Counted from the stretch's first letter, positions 11,977 to 28,290 are shown. The stretch: DNA of 64,000 nucleotides from Macrostomum lignano (GCA_002269645.1 NIVC01001830.1:124001-188000); one strand, 5' to 3'. Numbers and translations: made by a program. The notes: generated by a model from the letters alone, not told the origin.

Positions 11977-12342
11977 GGGGGGCCGTAGCCCAGCGGTAGC
12001 GCAGCTGCTCTGGTGTGCCAGCGACCCAGGCTCGATTCCAAGTGCAGCCACATTAATTTGGGGCTGAATTGTAATCTCGGCTTGGCTCTGCTCGTGCAAT
12101 TAACGGCCTTGAGAGCCAACCCCCCAAGGCGCAGTGAAGTGTACATGCCTAACGATAATATAAAGTTAGGGCCGCTGTACACTCCTGTGTGAGTGTGTGC
12201 CTGCGTACGTATCCGCGCGCTTGTATGCCTGCTCAGGGGAGTCGGCGGAATGGGCAGTAATGCCTCTCGCCGGTTGTGTGCCTATGTCGCTTAAAGTGCG
12301 CCAGGGTGCACACAACCCCCCTGCCTCTAATAAAAATAAAAT
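11977..12342 (+). mobile_element. Second tRNA-derived SINE-like element with A-rich tail
   Basis: GGGGGCCGTAGCCCAGCGGTAG (A box)...GGCTCGATTCC (B-box-like); cloverleaf degraded; ends AATAAAAATAAAATA. Confidence 0.6.
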
Positions 12343-12753
12343 ACCTCGTTTATCTCATCATCAAAAAATTTTGAAATTACTTTCGGCCTTGAGTTATTTC
12401 TTGGACCCTGCATCAAGAAACCAAGTCAAATACACATTCTAACTGTTTTTTTACCTTCAAAAAGATGACAACTTTGTCTTTATATTGCTTTGTTATAATG
12501 CATGATAGCTTACTTTTTTAAACATTGAAGTGACGCCAACAGAACTGTTCTTGTTTTAATCTTTGCTTAACAACAGGCAAAAAGAGGTTCTAAGGGATGC
12601 GCTAGCACAAAAACAAATAAACAAAGTCCTACACTGCAGATCGTTTGTCCTATCTAATCTAGTTATTTTTCTGGATGTAGCTCCGTAGTTCAAAGTAAAA
12701 GTTTTTAAACCTCTTGTCAACCGAGGACGTCACAGTCTGCTGCCAGCAGCTCT

Positions 12754-13743
12754 TTACCACGGGCACAGCTGCTCAAGCTGGAGGAACTCAGCGGTGCTCA
12801 GAGCGGTCTTGGCGATCATGTAGCAGATCATGCGACCTTTCAAGGTGTGACTTGGATTCGAATGATAGCCCAGACGGAGAAGCCGAGGCTCGGTGTACGA
12901 TCCCCAGCCGAGATCTGACTGGGTTGCCAAGTCAGAGCCGTTGAAGTAGAAATTGTTCAGCGTCTTGCCGTGGAACACGGCTCCGAGCGAGATGGCCTGG
13001 GTCGAACCGACTGGCACAATCTGGGCAGACTGGCGGTTCTCAGCACTCTCAAAGTGGGATGAGCCGCTCAGAGACAGGAACTTGTGCTGCACCCAAGCAC
13101 GCCAGTCGCGGTCTCCAAAGTACAGCAGTTGTTCCGAATTATCCAACACGGAGTTATGGAAACAGTGGTAGCTGGTCTCGTACTGGTCCTGACGAACCAC
13201 CTTGGCGAAGAATGAAAAGTTGCTGGGATGGTCCAGGTAAGTGGAGATCAAGGACCCGCTCATTGTGTCCACCTCGATGTAATCGGCGACAGCGCCCGGA
13301 AAGTGAGCTCCCTGAGCGTCCCTGGTCACCGCTCCGCGAGGCGTGGCATCGAAGGTTCCGGGGCTGGCGAGATTGCTGAAGCCCTGCCGGAAGTCGAAGG
13401 CCAGTACAATCTTCGACATGATGCTGTCGACCTTCTCGAAGCTCACGCACGGATCGGCGCCCGGCGGTGATGTCAGAGTAAAGAGGCTGGTCCGCTGCTC
13501 GCTGGTGCCGAAGTAGCAGGTGCCGCCTGTGCGGTGCAGCACAGAGCAGTTGGGGCTGGTGGCGCACTGCACCTGGCAGGTCCTCGGATCCTGAGCGCCC
13601 TCCAGCTTGTCGAGCTGAGGCAGGCTGGCGGTGCTGGGACACACGGCCAGCTGCCTGAACGAGACTCGCTGGTTGAAGCCGGTGGCCACCGCTGCGCAGA
13701 GGCAGAGGAGAGCCAGAATGCTTGAGGAGAGCTGGTGCTGCAT
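12754..13743 (-). CDS. Secreted PAN/apple-like + LamG/ConA-like protein, paralog 3, 329 aa
   Basis: 24 substitutions plus a 2-aa indel versus paralog 2; intact ORF with signal peptide. Confidence 0.85.
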   Translation of the reverse strand: MQHQLSSSILALLCLCAAVATGFNQRVSFRQLAVCPSTASLPQLDKLEGAQDPRTCQVQCATSPNCSVLHRTGGTCYFGTSEQRTSLFTLTSPPGADPCVSFEKVDSIMSKIVLAFDFRQGFSNLASPGTFDATPRGAVTRDAQGAHFPGAVADYIEVDTMSGSLISTYLDHPSNFSFFAKVVRQDQYETSYHCFHNSVLDNSEQLLYFGDRDWRAWVQHKFLSLSGSSHFESAENRQSAQIVPVGSTQAISLGAVFHGKTLNNFYFNGSDLATQSDLGWGSYTEPRLLRLGYHSNPSHTLKGRMICYMIAKTALSTAEFLQLEQLCPW

Positions 13744-13788
13744 GGCTTGCAGAAGTTAGGCAGGTGGGGAAGCTGTTGCTGAGTCCCC

Positions 13789-13796
13789 TTTTTATA
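13789..13796 (-). promoter_or_regulatory. Candidate TATA box (TATAAAAA) of paralog 3
   Basis: 46-53 nt upstream of the ATG. Paralog 2 has TATTTAG at the equivalent spacing (8692-8698). Confidence 0.5.
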
Positions 13797-14422
13797 TTAA
13801 AAAACTCAACTCAACCACCCCATCCTACTTGTCTATCTTTGGCTCTTAAGGCATGAAAAATGCCAAACTGATGCTGTCTTTTAGGCTGAACTTTTCCTTA
13901 ATTCCCGAAGAGTAAAGATAAGGTTGAAAGATAAAATTTCGCAGAAGGCTCACGTGCTGTTTCAGCATCTGATCTAGCAGTGCTGAGAGGGAATCTGATC
14001 TAGCAGTGCTGAGTGGGAATCTGATCTATCGTTGCCGATATGGAATCTGATTTAACAGTGCAGAGATTCCACTGACTGAAGAAGCTGAGCAGAAGTAAAA
14101 TCAGTCAAGACTCAGAAAATCCACAGCCAGTTCAGCGCCTAAGCTTGTGTCAATTCATCCCCAATACTCCCGTTTTAGCTAGCTGGATGTATTCACAAGC
14201 AGCTGCAGCTGCAGCCTGTGTTCTCTTTGGATACCTTTGCTGCTGCTGAGAATGCAGTCATACCAAAACTTTTCAAGGCAAACGCTGGCGTTTTAAAGTG
14301 AGCAGTGTTTTTAAGTTTTTAAAGCTCTGTAACTTTTCTTAAAACTCTACCGGAAGCTTTGTAAGCAAACTTTCTGCAATCAGAATTCGTAGACCCAACT
14401 CTAGCTTGGCATCTAATCAGCC

Positions 14423-19197
<4,775 letters not shown>

Positions 19198-19671
19198 TAA
19201 GTTAAATCCACATAAATTAAAAAGGCAATTCGGAAGACAGTTGATAAACATTGTTCCAACAAGAACCAGTGCTTATTGCACATAAGTACGAGTCGTACAT
19301 TGCAATTGTTGGTACGAAGTACCAGTATATTGTTTTTCAGGAGCGATAAAAAAGTACACAATATAGTTTTAGTCAAAAAGGCGAAAAATAAAAATACGCT
19401 CGTAGTTACGAGCTAGTTTCAGATTTTTTATCACAGATTAACTCAAGTTTTAAAAAATTGTTTCAATCAACTTCATTCTTTCTGGATCCGAAAAAATCGC
19501 ATCATACTACTCAAAAAGTAGCTTTAAAAGAAAAATTTTGTTTGCTGCAAAAGTGACGCTATTGCGGTGTTTTACTCGTATATTTTTTAAATAAAAGTTC
19601 TTCGATAGCTGCAAAATGAATTAAGTTTCAATTTTCTTTCTGGCTTTTCTTAGACATTTAAAAACCACCTT

Positions 19672-20628
19672 CTAGGAGCAGATCTGCTCCAGCTGCTTCA
19701 ACTCAGCGGTGCTCAGGGCAGCCTTGGCGATGGCGTAGCAGATGATGCGGCCCTTGAGGCCGGCGCTCGCATCCTTGTTGAAGCCGAGTCGCAGGCACTT
19801 AGGCGTATCGTAGGTTCCCCAATTCATGGCATCTTTAGTCGCCAGGTACGTGCCGTTGAAATGGAAATTGCTCAGAGTCTTGCCGTTGAAAACAGCTCCG
19901 AGAGAGATGGCCAGAGGCGCGCTGCCTGTGGCAATTTTGGCCGACTGTCGAGTCTCGGCGGTGCCCGCGCTCAGGAACTGGTGCTGAACCCAGGCCTTCT
20001 CCCCGCGATCGCCGAAGTACGCCATTTTCGATGAAGCTGCGTTCACGCAATCGTAGAAGCAGTGGTAAGAGGCTTGGTAGTATGTCTCTCTGACTACCAT
20101 GGCGTAGAAGGTAAAGTTGTTGGGATGGTCCAGGTAGTCAGCAGCCAGGGATCCGCTGCGCGTGTCCACTTCGATGTAGTCGGCAGCCGTTCCGGCAAAG
20201 TGGGCGCCCAGGCTGTCCCTGGTGACGCCTCCGTGGGGTGCGGCATCGAAGGTGCCCGGACTGACCAGGTTGGTGTAGCCCTGCCGGAAGTCGAACAACA
20301 CCACCAGCTTGGACCGGGCGCTCTTAGCGAAGCTCTCGCATGGATCGGAGTTCGGCGACACGGTCAGGGTGAAGAGGCTGCCCCGCTGCTCAGCGGTGCC
20401 GAAGTAGCAGGTGCCGCCAGAGCGGTACAGCACGAAGCAGGTGGGTTCGATGGCGCACTCAACGAAGCAGGTCCTCGGATCCTGAGCGCCCTGCAGCTTG
20501 GCGAGTTCCGCCAGTTTGTCAGTCGCCGGACAGATGTCCAGCTTGGAGAAAGAACTTTTGCTCGACATGGAGGCGGTCGCGACTGTTGAGCAGCAGACGC
20601 CGAGAGACAGCAACAGAAAGAGCCACAT
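19672..20628 (-). CDS. Secreted PAN/apple-like + LamG/ConA-like protein, paralog 4, 318 aa
   Basis: Start placed at MWLFLLLSLGVCC (signal peptide); aligns over its full length with paralogs 1-3. Confidence 0.85.
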   Translation of the reverse strand: MWLFLLLSLGVCCSTVATASMSSKSSFSKLDICPATDKLAELAKLQGAQDPRTCFVECAIEPTCFVLYRSGGTCYFGTAEQRGSLFTLTVSPNSDPCESFAKSARSKLVVLFDFRQGYTNLVSPGTFDAAPHGGVTRDSLGAHFAGTAADYIEVDTRSGSLAADYLDHPNNFTFYAMVVRETYYQASYHCFYDCVNAASSKMAYFGDRGEKAWVQHQFLSAGTAETRQSAKIATGSAPLAISLGAVFNGKTLSNFHFNGTYLATKDAMNWGTYDTPKCLRLGFNKDASAGLKGRIICYAIAKAALSTAELKQLEQICS

Positions 20629-21075
20629 TTCAGAGCGCCGACTTTGGGCCAAGCAGCGTGTGTGTTGGGAAAAATTAAATTGGAAAAAAAACTTGGAATT
20701 CATAAAACATCCGAAGATAAATGCTTCTCGGGGCGCCACTGTGGCGGCTTTTTTTAATGATTGGAAATTTCTGTCCGTTGAACTTTTTTAACAGCCTCTA
20801 TAAGCCCCCTGTGACGCACCAGACCAGCAACCCCAGCTGACAGAATGGCAGAATGCCTCTTCAATCATTTAGTAGCCCCAGCCATGATGCAGCGGAATGG
20901 TGATGCTGCAAAGAATTTATCCCATTCTATTAGGAATTTAATTGAGTGGAATTTTCCAGAGTAGCAGGCGAAGCGGATTGAGGCCATTGATAAGAATGAG
21001 GATGAGCAAAATGGTGGGAAATTCCATCAACGTTTGAATGTTTATTTCTGATAGTTGATCACCATCTAATATGGT

Positions 21076-21972
21076 CTGGGATCTGGGATCTGGGATCGGG
21101 ATCTGGGATCGGGATCTGGGATCGGGATCTGGGATCGGGATCTGGGATCGGGATCTGGGATCGGGATCTGGGATCGGGATCTGGGATCGGGATCTGGGAT
21201 CGGGATCTGGGATCGGGATTTGGGATCGGGATCTGGGATCGGGATCTGGGATCGGGATCTGGGATCGGGATCTGGGATCGGGATCTGGGATCGGGATCTG
21301 GGATCGGGATCTGGGATCGGGATCTGGGATCGGGATCTGGGATCGGGATCTGGGATCGGGATCTGGGATCGGGATCTGGGATCGGGATCTGGGATCGGGA
21401 TCTGGGATCGGGATCTGGGATCGGGATCTGGGATCGGGATCTGGGATCGGGATCTGGGATCGGGATCTGGGATCGGGATCTGGGATCGGGATCTGGGATC
21501 GGGATCTGGGATCGGGATCTGGGATCGGGATCTGGGATCGGGATCTGGGATCGGGATCTGGGATCGGGATCTGGGATCGGGATCTGGGATCGGGATCTGG
21601 GATCGGGATCTGGGATCGGGATCTGGGATCGGGATCTGGGATCGGGATCTGGGATCGGGATCTGGGATCGGGATCTGGGATCGGGATCTGGGATCGGGAT
21701 CTGGGATCGGGATCTGGGATCGGGATCTGGGATCGGGATCTGGGATCGGGATCTGGGATCGGGATCTGGGATCGGGATCTGGGATCGGGATCTGGGATCG
21801 GGATCTGGGATCGGGATCTGGGATCGGGATCTGGGATCGGGATCTGGGATCGGGATCTGGGATCGGGATCTGGGATCGGGATCTGGGATCGGGATCTGGG
21901 ATCGGGATCTGGGATCGGGATCTGGGATCGGGATCTGGGATCGGGATCTGGGATCGGGATCTGGGATCGGGA
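21076..21972. repeat. 13-bp tandem repeat GGGATCTGGGATC (6+7 subunits), ~69 copies
   Basis: Read directly; explains the repetitive ORFs on both strands. Confidence 0.97.
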
Positions 21973-22816
21973 GCTTTAAATTTCTGAAGAAATACACGTC
22001 TGAACAAAAAACGACTTCAACATTCTACTATGAGTAGTGTGCCAGTGACATGATAATAGCTTGATGACAATGCACATGGGAGCAGTCTGACTACCGTCAC
22101 ATGGCGTCGTGCTCCATCAAGATAAGCAGCGCAGTTGCCGACAATACCATGAGATGAATGCAGAAAACTCTCAGTGGCCAGCAGCATGTCAGAAGCAGCT
22201 GCTGCTGGCGGTACTGCGGCAGAGCGGTATAAATTATTGATTGAGTTGGCTCCAGTCATAAAACATCTCACAGATCCCTTCAGTGAGTAGTTCCGCTTGG
22301 TACCAGCTGGCTTGCCCAGTTTACAGCGCAGTAAAGTAAGTCATTTCCTTGACTCTGGTTAGGTAAAAAAATTCTTAATAGAATTTTTATGGAAGCTTAA
22401 TTAGTTTATTAGTGAGAAGCAGATGGGCATGGGTTGTGTCTGATCCGGAGCCCCTAGTTCGGTCCAGACAAATGATCCTTCCTTGCAGCACATCCCCTCT
22501 CTTGTCTACCCGGCTAACTCCCGAGGCACTGAAGAAGCTTCCAGGATATGAAAAAAGCTGAAATTCTGGCGAAAGCGCCGCTGCTACCCAATCGAAACCC
22601 CCTCCCTGTGTACAAGCTAGTGCCTTTGAACATCAAGGAGAAAAATAAATAGGGCCGGCCCACCTAGTCAAAAAGAGCGGCGCCAAGAGGGGAGAAAAAT
22701 CCCCCTGTTGTCTGCGTGTTGCACTTTTTGTGCGTCTGTGCAAGACGATTGGATTTACTTGACTTTGTTGTTCGAACCCCTGAACTGCAGGCAGTCACGC
22801 GCGGCTTCGTCAGGAA

Positions 22817-22895
22817 ATGTTTGTCAAAGCACTTCTGATTGCGACATGCTTTTCAGCTTTGATTTTAACTGGAGAGTCTTCTGCGAGCTTGATGG
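22817..22895 (+). CDS. Three-Ig-domain protein, exon 1 (signal peptide MFVKALLIATCFSALILTGESSASLM)
   Basis: ATG at 22817; donor G|GTGAGA, phase 1, matches the next exon. Confidence 0.75.
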
Positions 22896-23769
22896 GTGAG
22901 ACAGACACACAGGTGATTGCACTGTGGTGACTGAGATGACTTGATGGGTGAGACAGACACACAGGTGATTGCACTGTGGTGACTGAGATGACTTGATGGG
23001 TGAGACAGACACACAGGTGATTGCACTGTGGTGACTGAGATGACTTGATGGGTGAGACAGACACACAGGTGATTGCACTGTGGTGACTGAGATGACTTGA
23101 TGGGTGAGACAGACACACAGGTGATTGCACTGTGGTGACTGAGATGACTTGATGGGTGAGACAGACACACAGGTGATTGCACTGTGGTGACTGAGATGAC
23201 TTGATGGGTGAGACAGACACACAGGTGATTGCACTGTGGTGACTGAGATGACTTGATGGGTGAGACAGACACACAAGTGATTGCACTGTGGTGACTGAGA
23301 TGACTTGATGGGTGAGACAGACACACAAGTGATTGCACTGTGGTGACTGAGATGACTTGATGGGTGAGACAGACACACAGGTGATTGCACTGTGGTGACT
23401 GAGATGACTTGATGGGTGAGACAGACACACAGGTGATTGCACTGTGGTGACTGAGATGACTTGATGGGTGAGACAGACACACAGGTGATTGCACTGTGGT
23501 GACTGAGATGACTTGATGGGTGAGACAGACACACAGGTGATTGCATTGTGGTGACTGAGATGACTTGATGGGTGAGACAGACACACAGGTGATTGCACTG
23601 TGGTGACTGAGATGACTTGATGGGTGAGACAGACACACAGGTGATTGCACTGTGGTGACTGAGATGACTTGATGGGTGAGACAGACACACAAGTGATTGC
23701 ATTGTGGTGACTGAGATGACTTGATGGGTGAGACAGACACACAGGTGATTGCACTGTGGTGACTGAGAC
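22888..23769. repeat. 52-bp minisatellite, ~17 copies, intron 1 of the Ig gene
   Basis: Period 52 (22891 to 22943); each unit contains the exon 1 donor junction. Confidence 0.95.
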
Positions 23770-23789
23770 ACCTGGCTTTCTCACTGCAG

Positions 23790-23956
23790 ACAGCAGCCTC
23801 CTGGGCATCAGTCTGCAGCAGATTCAAGCCCGGTCGCCCTACAAGTACGTCCGAGAAGTCGTTGTCGCTGCTGAAGGCGAGACAAAGGCCATCACCTGTT
23901 CGTTTGATAATCTGTTTACAACAGGGAAGCATTGGAAGAAGACCTTCTATTCACCA
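23790..23956 (+). CDS. Ig protein exon 2
   Basis: Acceptor CTTTCTCACTGCAG|, phase 1; encodes VVVAAEGETKAITC (Ig A'/B strands); donor CCA|GTGAGT, phase 0. Confidence 0.75.
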
Positions 23957-23995
23957 GTGAGTTACTCTATCTGCTTTAGCACCTAGCTAATTGAG

Positions 23996-25287
23996 TATAG
24001 ATGTCTCAGTATCCTAGCTCACTGCTGAGAATAGATGTCTCAGTAACCTAGCTAATTTCTGAGAATAGATGTCTCAGTATCCTAGCTAATTTCTGAGAAT
24101 AGATGTCTCAGTATCCTAGCTAATTTCTGAGAATAGATGTCTCAGTATCCTAGCTAATTTCTGAGAATAGATGTCTCAGTATCCTACCTCATTGCTGAGA
24201 ATAGATGTCTCAGTATCCTAGCTAATTTCTGAGAATAGATGTCTCAGTATCCTAGCTCACTGATGAGAATAGATGTCTCAGTTTCCTAGCTCACTGCTGA
24301 GAATAGATGTCTCAGTATCCTACCTCATTGCTGAGAATAGATGTCTCAGTATCCTACCTCATTGCTGAGAATAGATGTCTCAGTATCCTACCTCACTGCT
24401 AAGAATGGATGTCTCAGTATCCTACCTCATTGCTGAGAATAGATGTCTCAGTATCCTAGCTAATTTCTGAGAATAGATGTCTCAGTATCCTAGCTAATTT
24501 CTGAGAATAGATGTCTCAGTATCCTAGCTAATTTCTGAGAATAGATGTCTCAGTATCCTACCTCATTGCTGAGAATAGATGTCTCAGTATCCTAGCTAAT
24601 TTCTGAGAATAGATGTCTCAGTATCCTAGCTCACTGATGAGAATAGATGTCTCAGTATCCTGGCTCACTGCTGAGAATAGATGTCTCAGTATCCTAGCTC
24701 ACTGATGAGAATAGATGTCTCAGTATCCTGGCTCACTGATGAGAATAGATGTCTCAGTATCCTGGCTCACTGATGAGAATAGATGTCTCAGTATCCTAGC
24801 TCACTGATGAGAATAGATGTCTCAGTATCCTGGCTCACTGATGAGAATAGACGTCTCAGTATCCTGGCTCACTGATGAGAATAGATGTCTCAGTATCCTG
24901 GCTCACTGATGAGAATAGATGTCTCAGTATCCTAGCTCACTGATGAGAATAGATGTCTCAGTATCCTAGCTCACTGATGAGAATAGATGTCTCAGTATCC
25001 TGGCTCACTGATGAGAATAGATGTCTCAGTATCCTAGCTCACTGATGAGAATAGATGTCTCAGTATCCTAGCTCACTGATGAGAATAGATGTCTCAGTAT
25101 CCTAGCTCACTGATGAGAATAGATGTCTCAGTATCCTGGCTCACTGATGAGAATAGATGTCTCAGTATCCTAGCTCACTGATGAGAATAGATGTCTCAGT
25201 ATCCTAGCTCACTGATGAGAATAGATGTCTCAGTATCCTAGCTCACTGATGAGAATAGATGTCTCAGTATCCTAGCTCACTGCTGAG
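23996..25287. repeat. 34-bp minisatellite (GAGAATAGATGTCTCAGTATCCTAGCTCACTGAT and variants), ~38 copies, intron 2
   Basis: Read directly; some units hold a CTGAGA/TCTCAG inverted pair. Confidence 0.95.
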
Positions 25288-25568
25288 CAGACGCCTCCGC
25301 CAACCCAACCAGGTGGTCTGGTTCTCCTACTCGCCGAACGCATCGTCGAAGGCGCAGCCGGCCAGGGAGGAGCCAGTCGCCGACGGCACTGTGCTGCGAT
25401 TTGATGGTGGCAACGTGTTTGCCTACAAGCTGCTGAACCCCATGTCTGTGGCCCCGAGCAGCATCCTGGTGCTGGAGAACCTGCCGCGGCAGCTCACTGA
25501 CACTTATTTCATCTGCAAGACCAACCTGCATCCCGCTAGCGTGCAGGCCTTCTACCTGAAAGTTGTCA
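25268..25568 (+). CDS. Ig protein exon 3 (second half of Ig1)
   Basis: Encodes NQVVWF...ILVLENL...YFICKTN...FYLKVV; donor A|GTGAGT, phase 1. The 5' boundary is inferred from phase (CAG at 25265-25267, in the last repeat unit) and is less certain. Confidence 0.65.
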
Positions 25569-25655
25569 GTGAGTCATGGAAGTGTTGAGTGCTTTTTTGA
25601 TTGATGAATATCTGGTGAGCTGCAGTGGCTATCATAGGAAACTAACCTGAAGTTA

Positions 25656-26790
25656 AGGGAAGGGGAGGGAAGGCAGGGGAGGGAAGACTGAGGAGGGAAG
25701 GCAGGGGAGGGAAGGCAGGGGAGGGAAGGCAGGGGAGGGAAGACTGGGGAGGGAAGGCAGGGGAGGGAAGGCAGGGGAGGGAAGGCAGGGGAGGGAAGAC
25801 TGGGGAGGGAAGACTGGGGAGGGAAGACTGGGGAGGGAAGACTGGGGAGGGAAGGCAGGGGAGGGAAGACTGGGGAGGGAAGGCAGGGGAGGGAAGACTG
25901 GGGAGGGAAGAGGGAAGGCAGGGGAGGGAAGGCAGGGGAGGGAAGACTGGGGAGGGAAGGCAGGGGAGGGAAGACTGGGGAGGGAAGGCAGGGGAGGGAA
26001 GGCAGGGGAGGGAAGGCAGGGGAGGGAAGGCAGGGGAGGGAAGGCAGGGGAGGGAAGGCAGGGGAGGGAAGACTGGGGAGGGAAGGCAGGGGAGGGAAGA
26101 CTGGGGAGGGAAGGCAGAGGAGGGAAGGCAGGGGAGTGAAGACTGGGGAGGGAAGGCAGGGGAGGGAAGGCAGGGGAGGGAAGGCAGGGGAGGGAAGACG
26201 GGAGGGAAGACTGGGGAGGGAAGGCAGGGGAGGGAAGGCAGGGGAGGGAAGGCAGGGGAGGGAAGACTGGGGAGGGAAGGCAGGGGAGGGAAGGCAGGGG
26301 AGGGAAGGCAGGGGAGGGAAGACTGGGGAGGGAAGGCAGGGGAGGGAAGGCAGGGGAGGGAAGACTGGGGAGGGAAGGCAGGGGAGGGAAGACTGGGGAG
26401 GGAAGACTGGGGAGGGAAGACTGGGGAGGGAAGGCAGGGGAGGGAAGACTGGGGAGGGAAGGCAGGGGAGGGAAGGCAGGGGAGGGAAGACTGGGGAGGG
26501 AAGGCAGGGGAGGGAAGACTGGGGAGGGAAGGCAGAGGAGGGAAGGCAGGGGAGTGAAGACTGGGGAGGGAAGGCAGGGGGGGAAGGCAGGGGAGGGAAG
26601 GCAGGGGAGGGAAGACTGGGGAGGGAAGGCAGGGGAGGGAAGGCAGGGGAGGGAAGGCAGGGGAGGGAAGGCAGGGGAGGGAAGGCAGGGGAGGGAAGAC
26701 TGGGGAGGGAAGGCAGGGGAGGGAAGGCAGGGGAGGGAAGACGGGAGGGAAGACTGGGGAGGGAAGGCAGGGGAGGGAAGACTGGGGAGG
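25656..26790. repeat. 14-bp purine-rich satellite (GGGGAGGGAAGGCA/GACT), left part
   Basis: Read directly; interrupted by the LTR element and resumes at 31311. Confidence 0.95.
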
Positions 26791-27231
26791 TGTGAAAACT
26801 CCACTTCGGGGGTAAGACCCCCCAAGGCAGAGAGCTTGTATTTAATATAGCTGGCCAACAATAAAGGTTGTCTGACAAAGCGTCAGCCAATCACACGCGC
26901 GCTTGCAGGTGTACACCTGCACTGTACATTACACTAAGCGGAGCAACTGAGCAGACCCACGCTACCACATCCCTCCCCATCTACATGGGGATCAGGGATC
27001 GCAAGAGAATACATTAGAGCAACACATTTCAGTGAGGAACAATAACTCGAAACTTAATAACTTAATAATAAATAATAATTAACAAGCACCAAAACTACGC
27101 AAACGCCTGATAGGAAAGCAACGACACAACAGAATAAAGGAAAATAAACCATAACCATAACAAAGTTCAAAATCCAAAATTAAACGTGCGAACTCAACAG
27201 TCAATCAAAACAGTCTCTTTCACAGATGACG

Positions 27232-28290
27232 TCACCCGTAGCTCAGGCGCTCCGGGGGACGTCGAACTCGCGACGATCGGCGCAGAGACCCGTCGATCTC
27301 AGGGTCTCCAGGAGCAGCCAGGTTTGGCGGCTCGTCCACGGCCGGCATCGCAGCTTTCGGCTCAGGCGCGGCCTTGGCGTCGGTAGCACCGTCTGTCACG
27401 CCAGCTCCGGTAGGCCGCGGCTGCTCAGGACCACCGCGGACATGGTCAACGTGCCGCCGCACCACTCGGTCGTCGCCATCGAAGCCGCACAGTTAGGAGG
27501 CCGGACCGGCGGCACCGACAACTCGCGCCGGCTTCCACCGACCTCCGTTGGCTCCAAAGTCTCTGGCGAGTACAGCGTCGTCAGTCTCGAAGGTCCGGAA
27601 CCGAGCTTTGCAGTCGTGGTGCTCTTTTTGCTGACCTTGCTTACGCTGTACTCTTGCTCCCAGGTCTGGCCGAGCTCGATCCAGCAACGTGCACAGGCGC
27701 CGTCCCATCAGGAGTTCGCAGGGAGCCACACCAGTTGTCGCATGCGGAGTGACCCGGTAGCTCAGCAGGAACCGGGCGACCTTATACTCCAAGGAGCCTT
27801 CGCGCTGCTTCTCCAGGGACCGCTTCAGCGTCTGGACAGCTCGTTCCGCCAGGCCGTTGGACGCCGGATGGTAGGGAGCAATGCGCACGTGCTGAATGTC
27901 GTTCCTCCGCAGAAAGTCGGACATCTCCTCGCTGACCAAGTTGGGCCCATTGTCCGACACCAGCACATCTGGCAACCCGTGTGTCGCGAAGCTGGAGCGG
28001 AGTTTCTGGATGGTGACAGCTAAGGTCGCTGACGTCACCACATGCACATCCAGCCACTTTGAATGGGCATCGACGACAACCAGCAGCATCTTGCCAGACA
28101 CCGGACCCGCATAGTCGATATGCACTCGAGACCACGGTCGGTCAGGCCACGGCCACGACAACATTGGCGAAGGCGCCGGGGCGTTCTGCAACTCCTGACA
28201 GTCAGAGCAGGCCTTGGCCAGGTTTTCAATCTCCGAGTCTAATCCTGGCCACCAGAAATAACCTCGGGCTAGCGTCTTCATGCGTGACCC
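27232..28290 (-). pseudogene. Integrase region of the LTR element (frameshifted from pol, premature stop)
   Basis: HQGH...CSDC zinc finger and the DDE core (HIDYAGP, VSDNG, NGLAER) are present. Frameshift near 28282. In-frame TAA at 27493-27495 before the RRSSRVRRPPERL terminus. Confidence 0.85.

Noticed and set aside
21059-22007. 300-aa repetitive ORFs on both strands (also at 22810-23932, 25574-26890, 32511-33111, 33112-34066, 36205-37237, 45182-45903, 54283-57128, 61855-62536)
   Set aside because: Stop-free reading of tandem repeats. They are open in several frames at once, and many lie in introns of the reconstructed genes.
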